64,000 bases of DNA from the NCBI GenBank assembly GCA_000999095.1, contig LCFP01000002.1:69736-133735 (forward strand), written 5' to 3'. The position numbers and the translations under genes are program-made. The first letter of the stretch is position 1. Every line of letters starts with the position of its first letter. Under the pieces are notes generated by a model. The model searched no databases, had not been told where the DNA came from, and was given only the letters and a program-made list of their open reading frames with translations. Shown in pieces: positions 8,244 to 17,899 of this stretch. This DNA is from Candidatus Gottesmanbacteria bacterium GW2011_GWA2_43_14. Its GTDB lineage: Bacteria > Patescibacteriota > Microgenomatia > 2-02-FULL-39-11.

Positions 8244-9257
8244 ATGATTATCGTTTTAAAAAATGATTTAAAGGAAGAAAACAGAAAAACACTCAGGCGT
8301 TTTCTGGTAGATTTGCGGGTGGAAGCAGTTCCTGTAACAACTATCACTCAGTCGCTTTTGGTTGTTGTCGGTAAATGCGGGGAACTGACCCGCGAAGAAA
8401 TCAGGAAACACTCTTCTGTTGCCCGTCTGATCGATGTTGACAGGCCGTACAAGCTGGCCTCGATCTCAAGTCTTAAAACCAAAACAAAATTCAAATTGGG
8501 CGAGAACATCACTATCGGCAACAAAAAAATCGTCATTATGGCGGGTCCCTGTTCGGTTGAATCCAAAGAGCAAATTCTGAATACCGCAGGCGAAATTAAA
8601 AAAACTGGCGCCCACATATTGCGGGGCGGAGCTTACAAACCGAGGACTGCGCCTTACGACTTCCAGGGATTGGGCAAGATTGGCTTGCGCTTCCTGAAAG
8701 ATGCCGCGGATAAGAACAATATGCCCGTTATCACCGAGGTCATGGATATCAGAGATATCGACACGATCGAAAGGTATACCGATGTTTTTCAGGTTGGCAC
8801 CCGCAATATGCAGAATTATCCGCTTCTAAAAGAATTGGGCAAACAGAAAAAGCCGGTCCTTCTAAAGCGCGGCATGTGGTCAACATATAAGGAGCTGCTT
8901 CTGGCGGCCGAATATATTCTGGTGGGAGGCAATGAAAATGTTATTTTATGCGAACGGGGAATCCGGACCCATGTGCCGGAAACCCGTTTTACTCTGGATC
9001 TCAATGCGGTGCCGTACCTGAAACATGAAACCCATTTGCCTGTTTTTGTCGATCCCAGTCATGGTACCGGCCGGGCAAGCTTGGTAAGAGCCATGAGCAG
9101 GGCGGCTGTAGCGGCCGGATGTGACGGGCTTCTTATAGAGGCTCATCTAGATCCCCGGCGTTCAGTCTCCGATGCCGACCAGGCCATATCCATGGTGGAG
9201 CTGGCTAAACTGATAAAAGAAGTCAGACTGGTAGCCAAAGCCGTTGACCGAATATGA
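8244..9257 (+). CDS. aroF: DAHP synthase type I-beta with N-terminal regulatory domain
   Basis: AGPCSVES, RGGAYKPRT, QVGTRNMQN, LCERGIRT, DPSHGTG. Confidence 0.95.
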   Translation: MIIVLKNDLKEENRKTLRRFLVDLRVEAVPVTTITQSLLVVVGKCGELTREEIRKHSSVARLIDVDRPYKLASISSLKTKTKFKLGENITIGNKKIVIMAGPCSVESKEQILNTAGEIKKTGAHILRGGAYKPRTAPYDFQGLGKIGLRFLKDAADKNNMPVITEVMDIRDIDTIERYTDVFQVGTRNMQNYPLLKELGKQKKPVLLKRGMWSTYKELLLAAEYILVGGNENVILCERGIRTHVPETRFTLDLNAVPYLKHETHLPVFVDPSHGTGRASLVRAMSRAAVAAGCDGLLIEAHLDPRRSVSDADQAISMVELAKLIKEVRLVAKAVDRI

Positions 9258-10087
9258 AAAAAATAAAGCAAATCTTCTATTTGGGCATAAAGGGATCAAA
9301 CAGCTTTTTGGCGGCAAGCCTTTCGGCTGGAAATAAGGTGAAATTATCCGGTCTGGCCAGTTTTGAAGAAATTTTCAGATCTGTTGAAAAAGAGAGTTCC
9401 GCCGCCGGAATCCTGCCATTGGAAAATTCTCTCAGCGGCAGCATATATGAAATTTATGATTTGCTGACGGATTCAAAAACCTTTATCACAGCTGAAACGG
9501 AAGTCAGGATCAATCATGCCTTGATGCAAAAAGAACGGACCGGTTTGCAAAAAATCCGGTACTGCCTGTCACACCCGGAGGTTTTCCGGCAGTGCCGCCG
9601 CTTTTTTTCGGACAATCCCTCAATTGAAACGGTACCTGTGGCGGATACCGCTTCAGCAGCCAAAATGCTCAAGGAGCTGGGTCCTGATACAGCTTGTGTG
9701 GCCAATCCGGCAGCTGCTGCCGTCAATAATTTGCGGATAAAAAAAGAACATCTTGAGGATAACAGGAATAATTATTCCAGATTCATAACTGTTGGCAGGA
9801 AACTGAAACAGCATGGAAATAAAATCAGTCTGATGTTCAACTTGAAACATGTGCCCGGTAGTCTATATAAAGCGCTGTCACCCTATGCACGGCTCGGATT
9901 AAATCTGACGAAAATCGAATCCAGGCCGATTCCGGGTAGGCTCTGGGAATATTTGTTTTATGTGGATTTTGAGCTTAACAATGGCAAACACGGGTTTGAC
10001 GAGATTATTACGGCCATGAAAATGTTAACAAAAAATTTAAAAGTCTTAGGCAGGTATGACAAATATGACAAAATTAAAAACAGCTGA
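9254..10087 (+). CDS. pheA: Prephenate dehydratase (PDT-ACT)
   Basis: PLENSLSGS, SHP, NYSRF, NLTKIESRP, YLFYVDF. Confidence 0.92.
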   Translation: MKKIKQIFYLGIKGSNSFLAASLSAGNKVKLSGLASFEEIFRSVEKESSAAGILPLENSLSGSIYEIYDLLTDSKTFITAETEVRINHALMQKERTGLQKIRYCLSHPEVFRQCRRFFSDNPSIETVPVADTASAAKMLKELGPDTACVANPAAAAVNNLRIKKEHLEDNRNNYSRFITVGRKLKQHGNKISLMFNLKHVPGSLYKALSPYARLGLNLTKIESRPIPGRLWEYLFYVDFELNNGKHGFDEIITAMKMLTKNLKVLGRYDKYDKIKNS

Positions 10088-10334
10088 ACTGCGAAAAGCT
10101 ATTGACCGGCTGGACAGCCGTCTGACCGGCCTGATTCAAAAAAGGATAGAACTGGCGGTCAAAATCGGCCGTCTGAAAAAGGAAAACGGCAAGCCAATCG
10201 AAGACAGAAAAAGGGAAAAACAGGTTCTGAGAAATTGGGAAAGCCGGGCTGTCAAACACGGCCTGGACAAAAGAATGGTCAAAAAAATTGCCCGCCTGTT
10301 GGTTGGGGCAGCCAAAACAAAGGAACAGTCATGA
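10065..10334 (+). CDS. Chorismate mutase (type II)
   Basis: LRKAIDRLD..LIQKR..IGRLKK..DRKRE. Confidence 0.88.
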   Translation: MTKLKTAELRKAIDRLDSRLTGLIQKRIELAVKIGRLKKENGKPIEDRKREKQVLRNWESRAVKHGLDKRMVKKIARLLVGAAKTKEQS

Positions 10335-11371
10335 ATAAAATAATCATTGGCCAGGGACTATTGCCAGACCTGGACCGGCTGGTAAAGGGAAATCCGTATG
10401 ACGGATATCTTTTACTGACCGACAAACAGGTTTACGGCCTTTATGGAAAAAAAGTTGTCGGCTTATTGTCGAAAATTGCTCCGGTCAGAGTAAGTATTGC
10501 GGACGACGGAGAAAAAGCTAAAGACCTGAAAATATTGCCGGAATTGCTGGCTCCGTTTTTCGAAGGCAAATTGACCAGAAATTTTTGCCTGGTTTCACTC
10601 GGCGGGGGCTCGATTTCAGATATCGGCGGTTTTATCGCCGCCATTCTTTTGCGGGGTATTGCCCATCTCGTGATACCCACTACCTTATTAAGCATGGTTG
10701 ATGCGGCGATAGGCGGCAAAAACGGCCTGAATTTCAAACGCCGAGGCAGAATTTATAAAAACGCTGTCGGTACTTTCCGCCTACCTGATTTGGTCATTTG
10801 CGACATAAACCTGCTTCAGTCTCTTCCTGACAGGGAAGTCAGAAACGGTTTCGGCGAAATTATCAAATACCGACTGGCTTTCGGTAAACCCGAATTGAAC
10901 GGTGTTTCTGCCGCCGATTTTCAACAGCTTTCCAAACAGAAACTAACTTCTCTCATCCGGGAGTGTCAACAAATTAAAATGAAGATCGTTTCCCAAGATC
11001 CCTTGGACACCCGGGGACTCAGGGAAGCTCTGAATTTAGGCCATACTGTCGGTCATGCGGTGGAAGGTCTGTTTCCGGAGAAATTTTCCCATGGAGAAGC
11101 TGTCGCCCTGGGTCTTAGGTCTGCCGCTTTTATGAGTTGGGATAAAGGGCTTATTAATCACCATAAATATAACCAGATTGTTAAAATTATTGAAAAATGC
11201 GGATTGCAGCTAAAAATTCCGCGGGTGAGAACTGCGAAGATTAACGACCTGCTGGATAAAGATAAAAAAGGAGGAACTACGGTCTTGTTAAAAGACCTGG
11301 GTTTTGTAGTGACAAAACAAAAAACCGATCGCAAACTTATTTTAAAGGCAATCAGGGAAATCCAATCATGA
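10331..11371 (+). CDS. aroB: 3-dehydroquinate synthase
   Basis: GEKAK, GGGSISD, PTTLLSMVDAAIGGKNG, LNLGHTVGHA; ATG overlaps the upstream stop. Confidence 0.95.
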   Translation: MNKIIIGQGLLPDLDRLVKGNPYDGYLLLTDKQVYGLYGKKVVGLLSKIAPVRVSIADDGEKAKDLKILPELLAPFFEGKLTRNFCLVSLGGGSISDIGGFIAAILLRGIAHLVIPTTLLSMVDAAIGGKNGLNFKRRGRIYKNAVGTFRLPDLVICDINLLQSLPDREVRNGFGEIIKYRLAFGKPELNGVSAADFQQLSKQKLTSLIRECQQIKMKIVSQDPLDTRGLREALNLGHTVGHAVEGLFPEKFSHGEAVALGLRSAAFMSWDKGLINHHKYNQIVKIIEKCGLQLKIPRVRTAKINDLLDKDKKGGTTVLLKDLGFVVTKQKTDRKLILKAIREIQS

Positions 11372-11808
11372 AAATTTTAGTGATAAACGGACCCAATCTT
11401 AATCTGCTGGGACAAAGAGATCTGAAAATATACGGCCGTATAACTCTGGCACAAATTGAAGCAAAAATTACGAAAATGGCCGATAGGGCGCAAGTTAAGG
11501 TTCGTTTTTTCCAATCCAACCATGAAGGTGGTCTTATAGATTTTATCCAGGAAAATTTCAAAAAAGCAGACGGTATTCTGATCAATCCCGGAGCCTTGAC
11601 GCACTACGGATACAGCCTGCGCGACTGCCTCGAAGACAGCCGTCTTCCAGTTGTTGAAGTCCACCTGTCCAATACCGGGTCCAGGGAAGATTTCAGAAGG
11701 TTTGATGTCTTTGACGGTATCGTGGCGGCAAAAATTCAGGGACTTCGGGAAAAAAGTTATTTTGAAGGCTTTAAAAAATTAATCAAAATCATATCACCCC
11801 GGGGGTGA
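11368..11808 (+). CDS. aroQ: Type II 3-dehydroquinate dehydratase
   Basis: NGPNLNLLG, QSNHEG, NPGALTH, EVHLSN. Confidence 0.96.
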   Translation: MKILVINGPNLNLLGQRDLKIYGRITLAQIEAKITKMADRAQVKVRFFQSNHEGGLIDFIQENFKKADGILINPGALTHYGYSLRDCLEDSRLPVVEVHLSNTGSREDFRRFDVFDGIVAAKIQGLREKSYFEGFKKLIKIISPRG

Positions 11809-11811
11809 TAT
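11791..11811. repeat. Perfect palindrome ATATCACCCC-G-GGGGTGATAT
   Basis: 10-bp arms seen directly, spanning the aroQ stop; related CACCTCCGGGTGG just downstream. Confidence 0.7.
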
Positions 11812-11843
11812 AGCTAGACACCTCCGGGTGGTATTTATAAACT

Positions 11844-13130
11844 ATGAAAGTCATAATAACTCCATCGAAAATTTCGGGTACAGTTTCGGCGCCGTCGTCC
11901 AAATCATTAAGCCATCGTGCTTTGATTACGGCCTCACTGTCAGACGGAATATCAGAAATCGACAATCTGTCTGATTGCCGGGATGTGCTTTTGACGCTTG
12001 CCGGTTTGCAATCCCTGGGCGCCGGTATCATCCTTAAAAAAAAGCAGGTGAGGATTTCAACCGGCAGCCTGCTTAAGCCTGACAAACAGGTCCGCTGTAT
12101 TGACTGCGGAGATTCCGGCACTAGCGCCAGGTTTTTAACGGCAGTTGCCACAGTCTCCGGAAAAAAGATTTTAATTGACGGAAGCCGGCGCCTGAGAACA
12201 AGACCCATGGCTGAACTTATCAGGCTTTTGCGCTTAAATGGTGCTCATATTAAAGAAACACATAAAAACGGCCAACTGCCTCTGGAAATATATCCCGCCA
12301 AATTGACCGGCGGCAGTTTCCGGATCAACAGTGATGATTCCTCACAATTTATAAGTGCCATGCTGCTGATTGCCCCCTTAATGGAAAAAGCTCTGAGGCT
12401 AAACATCAATGGTAATCATTCCCGGCCATATATTGATATGACTGTTGAAACCATGGAGAAGTTCGGACTCAAAATCAAAACTCTGAAAAATAATTTGTCT
12501 GTTTCTGAAAACCAGCATTACCGGGCAAGAAAATTAACTCTGGAAGGGGATTATTCTGCCGCTGCATATTTTTTTGCTGCTGCCATGATGACACAATCCA
12601 CAGTGACGGTAAAGAATTTAAAAACCGCTTCTCTGCAGGCTGACAGGAGATTTTTATCAGTCGCTTCTGAAATGGGTGCCCATGTCAGAATTAAAAATAA
12701 GGGTACTGTTGAAATTTCAGGAAAAGAGAAAAAATATAGGGGTTTGAAAATTAATCTGGGCCAAAGCCCTGACCTGGTTCCGGTTGTGGCTGTTTTAGCG
12801 GGAAATACAACAGGCCCGATTGAAATTTATGACATCGCCCACCTAAGGCACAAAGAATCAGACCGGATAAAGTCACTGACTCACAATCTGACTATGATGG
12901 GTCTCAAGGTCAATACATCCGAAAGCAAATTAAAGGTCTTTCCGGGTTTATTACAGGCAGCCAGAATCGATGCCTTTGACGATCACCGCATCTGCATGGC
13001 ATTCACTGTGGCAGCTTTGGCAGCCGGCGGACAGACTGTAATTAAGGGAGCTGAATCGGTAAACAAATCGTATCCCGGATTTTTCGCGGATTTACTGAAA
13101 CTCGGAGCCAAAGTGAGGTTATCATCATGA
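11844..13130 (+). CDS. aroA: EPSP synthase
   Basis: SKSLSHR, GDSGTSARF, SSQF, RHKESDR, DDHRI, KSYPGF. Confidence 0.96.
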   Translation: MKVIITPSKISGTVSAPSSKSLSHRALITASLSDGISEIDNLSDCRDVLLTLAGLQSLGAGIILKKKQVRISTGSLLKPDKQVRCIDCGDSGTSARFLTAVATVSGKKILIDGSRRLRTRPMAELIRLLRLNGAHIKETHKNGQLPLEIYPAKLTGGSFRINSDDSSQFISAMLLIAPLMEKALRLNINGNHSRPYIDMTVETMEKFGLKIKTLKNNLSVSENQHYRARKLTLEGDYSAAAYFFAAAMMTQSTVTVKNLKTASLQADRRFLSVASEMGAHVRIKNKGTVEISGKEKKYRGLKINLGQSPDLVPVVAVLAGNTTGPIEIYDIAHLRHKESDRIKSLTHNLTMMGLKVNTSESKLKVFPGLLQAARIDAFDDHRICMAFTVAALAAGGQTVIKGAESVNKSYPGFFADLLKLGAKVRLSS

Positions 13131-13639
13131 ACCTGATCCTGATCGGCATGCGCGGCAGCGGCAAATCGACTGTTGCCAAAATTTTGTCCGAAACACTGAA
13201 CCTGAATCTGATTGATGTTGATAAACTGATCGAATTAAAGGCAAAAAAGAGTGCCTCAGATATAATTAAAACAAACGGTCTTGAATATTTCCGGGACCTT
13301 GAAAGTGAAATTGTTCAGAATCTGCCGGATAAAAATAAAAGCATTATCGCCACTGGCGGCGGAACCGTGGAGAGGGAAATCAATATGCAGGCATTAAAAA
13401 AAGACTCTCTCATTATTTATCTGAGAACAATGCCTGTGACTTCAGCAGGCAGGCTGGCAAACATTTGCGACCGGCCAGTTTTGACGGGTGCCGGCAGCAT
13501 GCGTGAGGATCTGGAGAATTTATACACAATAAGAAAAACTGTCTATGAAAAATGGGCTGACATCATTGTTGAAACAGACGGAAAATCTTTTAAAGAAGTT
13601 GCGGATTCAATATTAAGAGAATTGTTCGAAAAATTATGA
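13127..13639 (+). CDS. aroK: Shikimate kinase
   Basis: GMRGSGKST, FRDLE, ATGGG, RPVL. Confidence 0.95.
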   Translation: MNLILIGMRGSGKSTVAKILSETLNLNLIDVDKLIELKAKKSASDIIKTNGLEYFRDLESEIVQNLPDKNKSIIATGGGTVEREINMQALKKDSLIIYLRTMPVTSAGRLANICDRPVLTGAGSMREDLENLYTIRKTVYEKWADIIVETDGKSFKEVADSILRELFEKL

Positions 13640-14442
13640 TCAGTGCCAAAACAAAAGTCTGTTGCATAATCGGCAATCCGGTAGATCATTCACTTTCACC
13701 GCAAATGCATAATGCGGCCTTTAAGGCCTTGAGTCTGGATTACGTTTTCCTGGCTTTCAAGGTTGAAAATGCACTGAAGGCTCTTTCCGGATTCCGCAGC
13801 GTGGGCATGGAAGGTATAGTGGTCACCGTGCCACACAAACAGGCTATCATCAAATCTCTTGACAGCCTGGATGAGGCAGCCCGGAAAATAGGAGCGGTCA
13901 ATGCCATAAAAAACAGCCATGGTATTTTAAAGGGTACCAATACCGACTGGATAGGCGCTGTGAAATCACTGGAAGAAAAAACTATACTTACAGGTAAAAA
14001 AGTAGCACTTCTCGGAGCAGGAGGTGCGGCACGGGCGATTATCTACGGCCTGAAAAAAAAGCAGGCAGAAATAACTCTGTTCAACCGCACGCCTGAAAAA
14101 GCCGAAAGTCTGGCAAAGGAATTCGGTTTAGCCCGAACAGGCAGTCTTGACGATATAAATAAAATAAGGCAAAACGAAATTATTATAAACAGCACTTCAG
14201 TCGGCATGGAAGAAGATAAATCACCCATTCCCGCCGGAGCGGTTACAAATCAGCTGGTTTTTGATATTATCTATACTCCGCACAAGACCAGACTGATCAG
14301 GATTGCCCTGGAAAAGAAATGCCCTGTAGTCTATGGTTATAAAATGGTACTTTTCGGAGGCACGGAAATATTTAAATTTTTTACAGGACTGCAGGCGCCG
14401 CAAAAAATTATGGAAAAAGCGTTATTAAAAAATTTACATTAA
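13636..14442 (+). CDS. aroE: Shikimate dehydrogenase
   Basis: HSLSPQMHN, VTVPHK, GAVN, NTD, GAGGAARA. Confidence 0.95.
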   Translation: MISAKTKVCCIIGNPVDHSLSPQMHNAAFKALSLDYVFLAFKVENALKALSGFRSVGMEGIVVTVPHKQAIIKSLDSLDEAARKIGAVNAIKNSHGILKGTNTDWIGAVKSLEEKTILTGKKVALLGAGGAARAIIYGLKKKQAEITLFNRTPEKAESLAKEFGLARTGSLDDINKIRQNEIIINSTSVGMEEDKSPIPAGAVTNQLVFDIIYTPHKTRLIRIALEKKCPVVYGYKMVLFGGTEIFKFFTGLQAPQKIMEKALLKNLH

Positions 14443-14443
14443 T

Positions 14444-15577
14444 ATGTCATTAAGATTTTTAACCGCAGGGGAATCTCACGGACCGGCAATCACAGCCATT
14501 TTGGAAGGCATGCCGGCCGGCCTAAGCCTTGATACTGAAGAAATCCAAAAGGATTTGGATAAAAGAAGAGGCGGATCAGGCCGGGGCGGCCGGGGTTTGA
14601 TTGAAACCGACACTGTCGAAATATTGTCAGGCGTACTTTCAAATCTAACCATCGGCAGTCCCATCACTCTGCAGATAAAAAACCTCGATTTTGCCAATTG
14701 GCAGAATAAAAAATTAGCCGAAATTAAAAATCCCAGGCCCGGACATGCGGATTACGTTGGGTTTCTGAAATACGGGTTTTCCGATATCCGCAATGTCCTG
14801 GAAAGGGCAAGCGCGCGGGAAACTGCCGCCCGGGTAGCTGTCGGAGCCGTCTGCAGGAAGCTTTTAGCTGTTTTCGGCATGGCCATTGCCAGCCACACTA
14901 TTGCCATAGGTAAAGAAAAGTTATTCCGTCGAAATTATACATTTGCTGAAGTTGCTAAAGTCAGCAAAACCGATCCGGATACCCGCTGTATCGATGCACC
15001 GACCTCCGCCAAAATGAAAGCAGCCATACTTGTTGCGCTTAAAACTAAAAATACCCTGGGCGGGGTAGTGGAAATTTTGGCGGTAAATATTCCTCCTGGT
15101 TTGGGCAGTTACGTGCATTATGACCGGAAACTGGACGGTTTGTTTGCTCAATCTCTGATGAGCATACCTTCAGTCAAAGCTGTAGAAATCGGGACCGGCA
15201 TATCTTTAGCCCATGAACCGGGAAGCCTGGTTCACGATGAACTTTTCCTTCATGAAAATAAAATCAGCAGAAGGACTAATAATGCCGGCGGACTGGAGGG
15301 GGGAGTGACCAATGGCGAACAATTGATTCTGCGGGTTTTTCACAAACCGATCTCCACTTTGGGCAATCCCCTGAGAACAGTCAACGTTGAGACCAAAAAG
15401 GCATCTCCGGCCCTTATTGAACGGTCGGACATTTGCGTTGTGCCCCGTGCAGGCATAATTTCCGAATCCATGACTGCTTTTGTCTTAGCTTCCGCATTTT
15501 TGGAAAAATTTGGCGCTGACAGTTTAATTGACATTAAGGAAAGTTATGCGCAATATCTGGGAAGAATTAAAAAATAG
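14444..15577 (+). CDS. aroC: Chorismate synthase
   Basis: TAGESHG, RPGHAD, ERASARETA, NNAGGLEGG. Confidence 0.97.
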   Translation: MSLRFLTAGESHGPAITAILEGMPAGLSLDTEEIQKDLDKRRGGSGRGGRGLIETDTVEILSGVLSNLTIGSPITLQIKNLDFANWQNKKLAEIKNPRPGHADYVGFLKYGFSDIRNVLERASARETAARVAVGAVCRKLLAVFGMAIASHTIAIGKEKLFRRNYTFAEVAKVSKTDPDTRCIDAPTSAKMKAAILVALKTKNTLGGVVEILAVNIPPGLGSYVHYDRKLDGLFAQSLMSIPSVKAVEIGTGISLAHEPGSLVHDELFLHENKISRRTNNAGGLEGGVTNGEQLILRVFHKPISTLGNPLRTVNVETKKASPALIERSDICVVPRAGIISESMTAFVLASAFLEKFGADSLIDIKESYAQYLGRIKK

Positions 15578-15591
15578 TTTTACAAACTTTT

Positions 15592-16836
15592 ATGAAGCAG
15601 CATACTCACATTAATAAACATTCCGTACTGGCAACTTCGGCCGGGTATCGGGAAGTACCGGAAGCAGCTGAAAGACTGAAAAATACCAGCGTTTCCGTCA
15701 TCAAGGAAATGATGTACCTGGGTGCCATGGAAAAAGCCAAAGGCCGCGACATTGTTTCCCTGGGTGTAGGACTGCCATTTTATCCCGCACCCCAATTTAT
15801 CCATGAAGAAGTTGTTAAGGCTCTTAAATCAAAAAGAGACATCGATAAATATACCCTCCTGACCGGTTTGCCTGTACTTCGCCGGATTATAGCCGCACTT
15901 TCCGCTCAAATGCTGGGATTTGCAGTTACAGATGAAGAAATTCTGGTCACTCCCGGCAGCATGGCCGCTCTTTTTGATTCATTATTGGCTCTGGTTAATC
16001 CCGGAGATGAAGTCATACTTCCCTCTCCTTATTTCTCATCCAATGCAGAGCAGGTTTCACTCGCTTCCGGCAAGGTTGTACCGGTAGCTATGACAATCGA
16101 CGGGGAAAACGGCTACCGCCTGGATGTAGCTGCCATAAAAAAAGCCATAAGTAAAAAAACAAAAGCCATAATTCTCAATAATCCCCAAAATCCGACGGGT
16201 GCCGTCTTTCTCAAGGAAGATCTAATGGAATTGGCCGGAATATTAGCTGACACTTCTGTTTTTGTCATCACCGACGAAGTCTATGATTACCTTTTATTCG
16301 ACAATGCCGAGTACTTCAATATTGCCAAAGTGAAAGAACTCTGGCCGAGAGTTATCCGCTGCGCCTCACTCTCCAAAAAATACGGCATGATGGGCTGGAG
16401 GGTAGGCTACCTTCATACCAACAAAGACCTGCTGATGCAGATTCTGAAAATTCATGATGCCTCAATCGTTTGTGCCCCTCATATTTCCCAGGTCGCTGCC
16501 ATTGCCGCTTTGACCGGACCCCAGAAGGTAGTTGAACATCACCGGACCATGCTTGCCGAAAACCGTGAAGTTATCCTGAAAAGGTTGGATGCGCTTGCCA
16601 ATCTTTTTGATTATGTCAGGCCCCTGGGTACTTATTACGTATTTCCCGAATATAAGTTGAATTTATCCAGTATCGAAATGGCCAAAAAACTGCTATATGA
16701 AGCCGGTGTGGTTACTGTTCCCGGTATCGGTTTCGGCCGGCAGGGTGAGCACCATTTAAGACTGTCATACGGTTCCTCCATTGCTGATATCAATAGGGCT
16801 TTTGACCTCATAGAAAAATGGCTACGAAAAGAATAA
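15592..16836 (+). CDS. PLP-dependent class I/II aminotransferase (likely aromatic amino acid aminotransferase)
   Basis: NNPQNPTG, DEVY, SLSKKYGMMGWRVG, LRLSY; operon context. Confidence 0.85.
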   Translation: MKQHTHINKHSVLATSAGYREVPEAAERLKNTSVSVIKEMMYLGAMEKAKGRDIVSLGVGLPFYPAPQFIHEEVVKALKSKRDIDKYTLLTGLPVLRRIIAALSAQMLGFAVTDEEILVTPGSMAALFDSLLALVNPGDEVILPSPYFSSNAEQVSLASGKVVPVAMTIDGENGYRLDVAAIKKAISKKTKAIILNNPQNPTGAVFLKEDLMELAGILADTSVFVITDEVYDYLLFDNAEYFNIAKVKELWPRVIRCASLSKKYGMMGWRVGYLHTNKDLLMQILKIHDASIVCAPHISQVAAIAALTGPQKVVEHHRTMLAENREVILKRLDALANLFDYVRPLGTYYVFPEYKLNLSSIEMAKKLLYEAGVVTVPGIGFGRQGEHHLRLSYGSSIADINRAFDLIEKWLRKE

Positions 16837-16846
16837 ACTGGAATAT

Positions 16847-17899
16847 ATGGACCAAAAACTGCAGCAACTCCGAAACAGTACAATTAAAGAAATATCGGGT
16901 ATAAAATCCCGTGTTGACTTGAACCGCCTTTATTTAAAAATTTTCGGTTCCTCCGGAGAGTTTACCTTACTTCTCAAATCTATCCCTGAATTGCCCAAGG
17001 AAGTCAGGCCGAAAATCGGAAAACTGGCTAATCAGGTGAAAAAGGAACTGGAACAGGCAATTCTGATAAAAGGCCGGGATTTGGAAAAAGGCCGGTTAAC
17101 GGAAAAAATGGATGTTACCTTTCCGGCTGTTTTGCCTCCCCTGGGACATTTGCATATCGTTACCAAGGCGATTGAGGAGATCGTGCTAATTTTTGAGAAA
17201 ATAGGCTTTAACAACAGGCATTACCGGGAAATTGAATGGGACTGGTATGCCTTTGAAAGCCTGAACATGCCGAAAAACCATCCGGCTCGCGATGATTTCG
17301 AGACTTTTTACATTGACGAACCTCCTTCACCTTCATTCGGACAGATGGTCCTGTCACCCCATACTTCCAGCGGACAGGTCAGGGAAATGGAGGCTTTAAA
17401 AAGCCGGCCGCCTGTCAGGATGATCAATATCGCCAAATGTTACCGCCCTAACTGGGATTTGACCCATACACCCATGTTCCATCAGTTTGAAGGGCTGGTC
17501 GTCGATAAGGGGATCAATATTACCCACCTCAAGGGAACCCTTGATTATTTCGCCAGGGAGTTTTTCGGCAGCGAAAGGAAAACCCGCCTGAGACCATTCC
17601 ACTTCCAGTTTACCGAACCCTCATTCGAGGTTGATATAAATTGCGGTATCTGTCTGGGCAAAGGCAAATTGGAAAACGGGGAAAACTGCAGGTTTTGTAA
17701 AAGCGGCTGGCTGGAATTGGGCGGCGCGGGCATGGTGCATCCCGAGGTGCTGAAGGCGGGTAAAATCAACAGCCAGGACTATACAGGATTTGCTTTCGGC
17801 TGGGGTATTGAACGGACTTATATGATGAAATCGGGGACCAGGCTTGATGATATCAGGCTTTTATACGGCAATGATATCAGATTTTTGGAGCAATTCTGA
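16847..17899 (+). CDS. pheS: Phenylalanine--tRNA ligase alpha subunit
   Basis: HPARD, HTSSGQ, HTPMFHQ, FTEPS, GFAFGWGIER. Confidence 0.97.
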   Translation: MDQKLQQLRNSTIKEISGIKSRVDLNRLYLKIFGSSGEFTLLLKSIPELPKEVRPKIGKLANQVKKELEQAILIKGRDLEKGRLTEKMDVTFPAVLPPLGHLHIVTKAIEEIVLIFEKIGFNNRHYREIEWDWYAFESLNMPKNHPARDDFETFYIDEPPSPSFGQMVLSPHTSSGQVREMEALKSRPPVRMINIAKCYRPNWDLTHTPMFHQFEGLVVDKGINITHLKGTLDYFAREFFGSERKTRLRPFHFQFTEPSFEVDINCGICLGKGKLENGENCRFCKSGWLELGGAGMVHPEVLKAGKINSQDYTGFAFGWGIERTYMMKSGTRLDDIRLLYGNDIRFLEQF

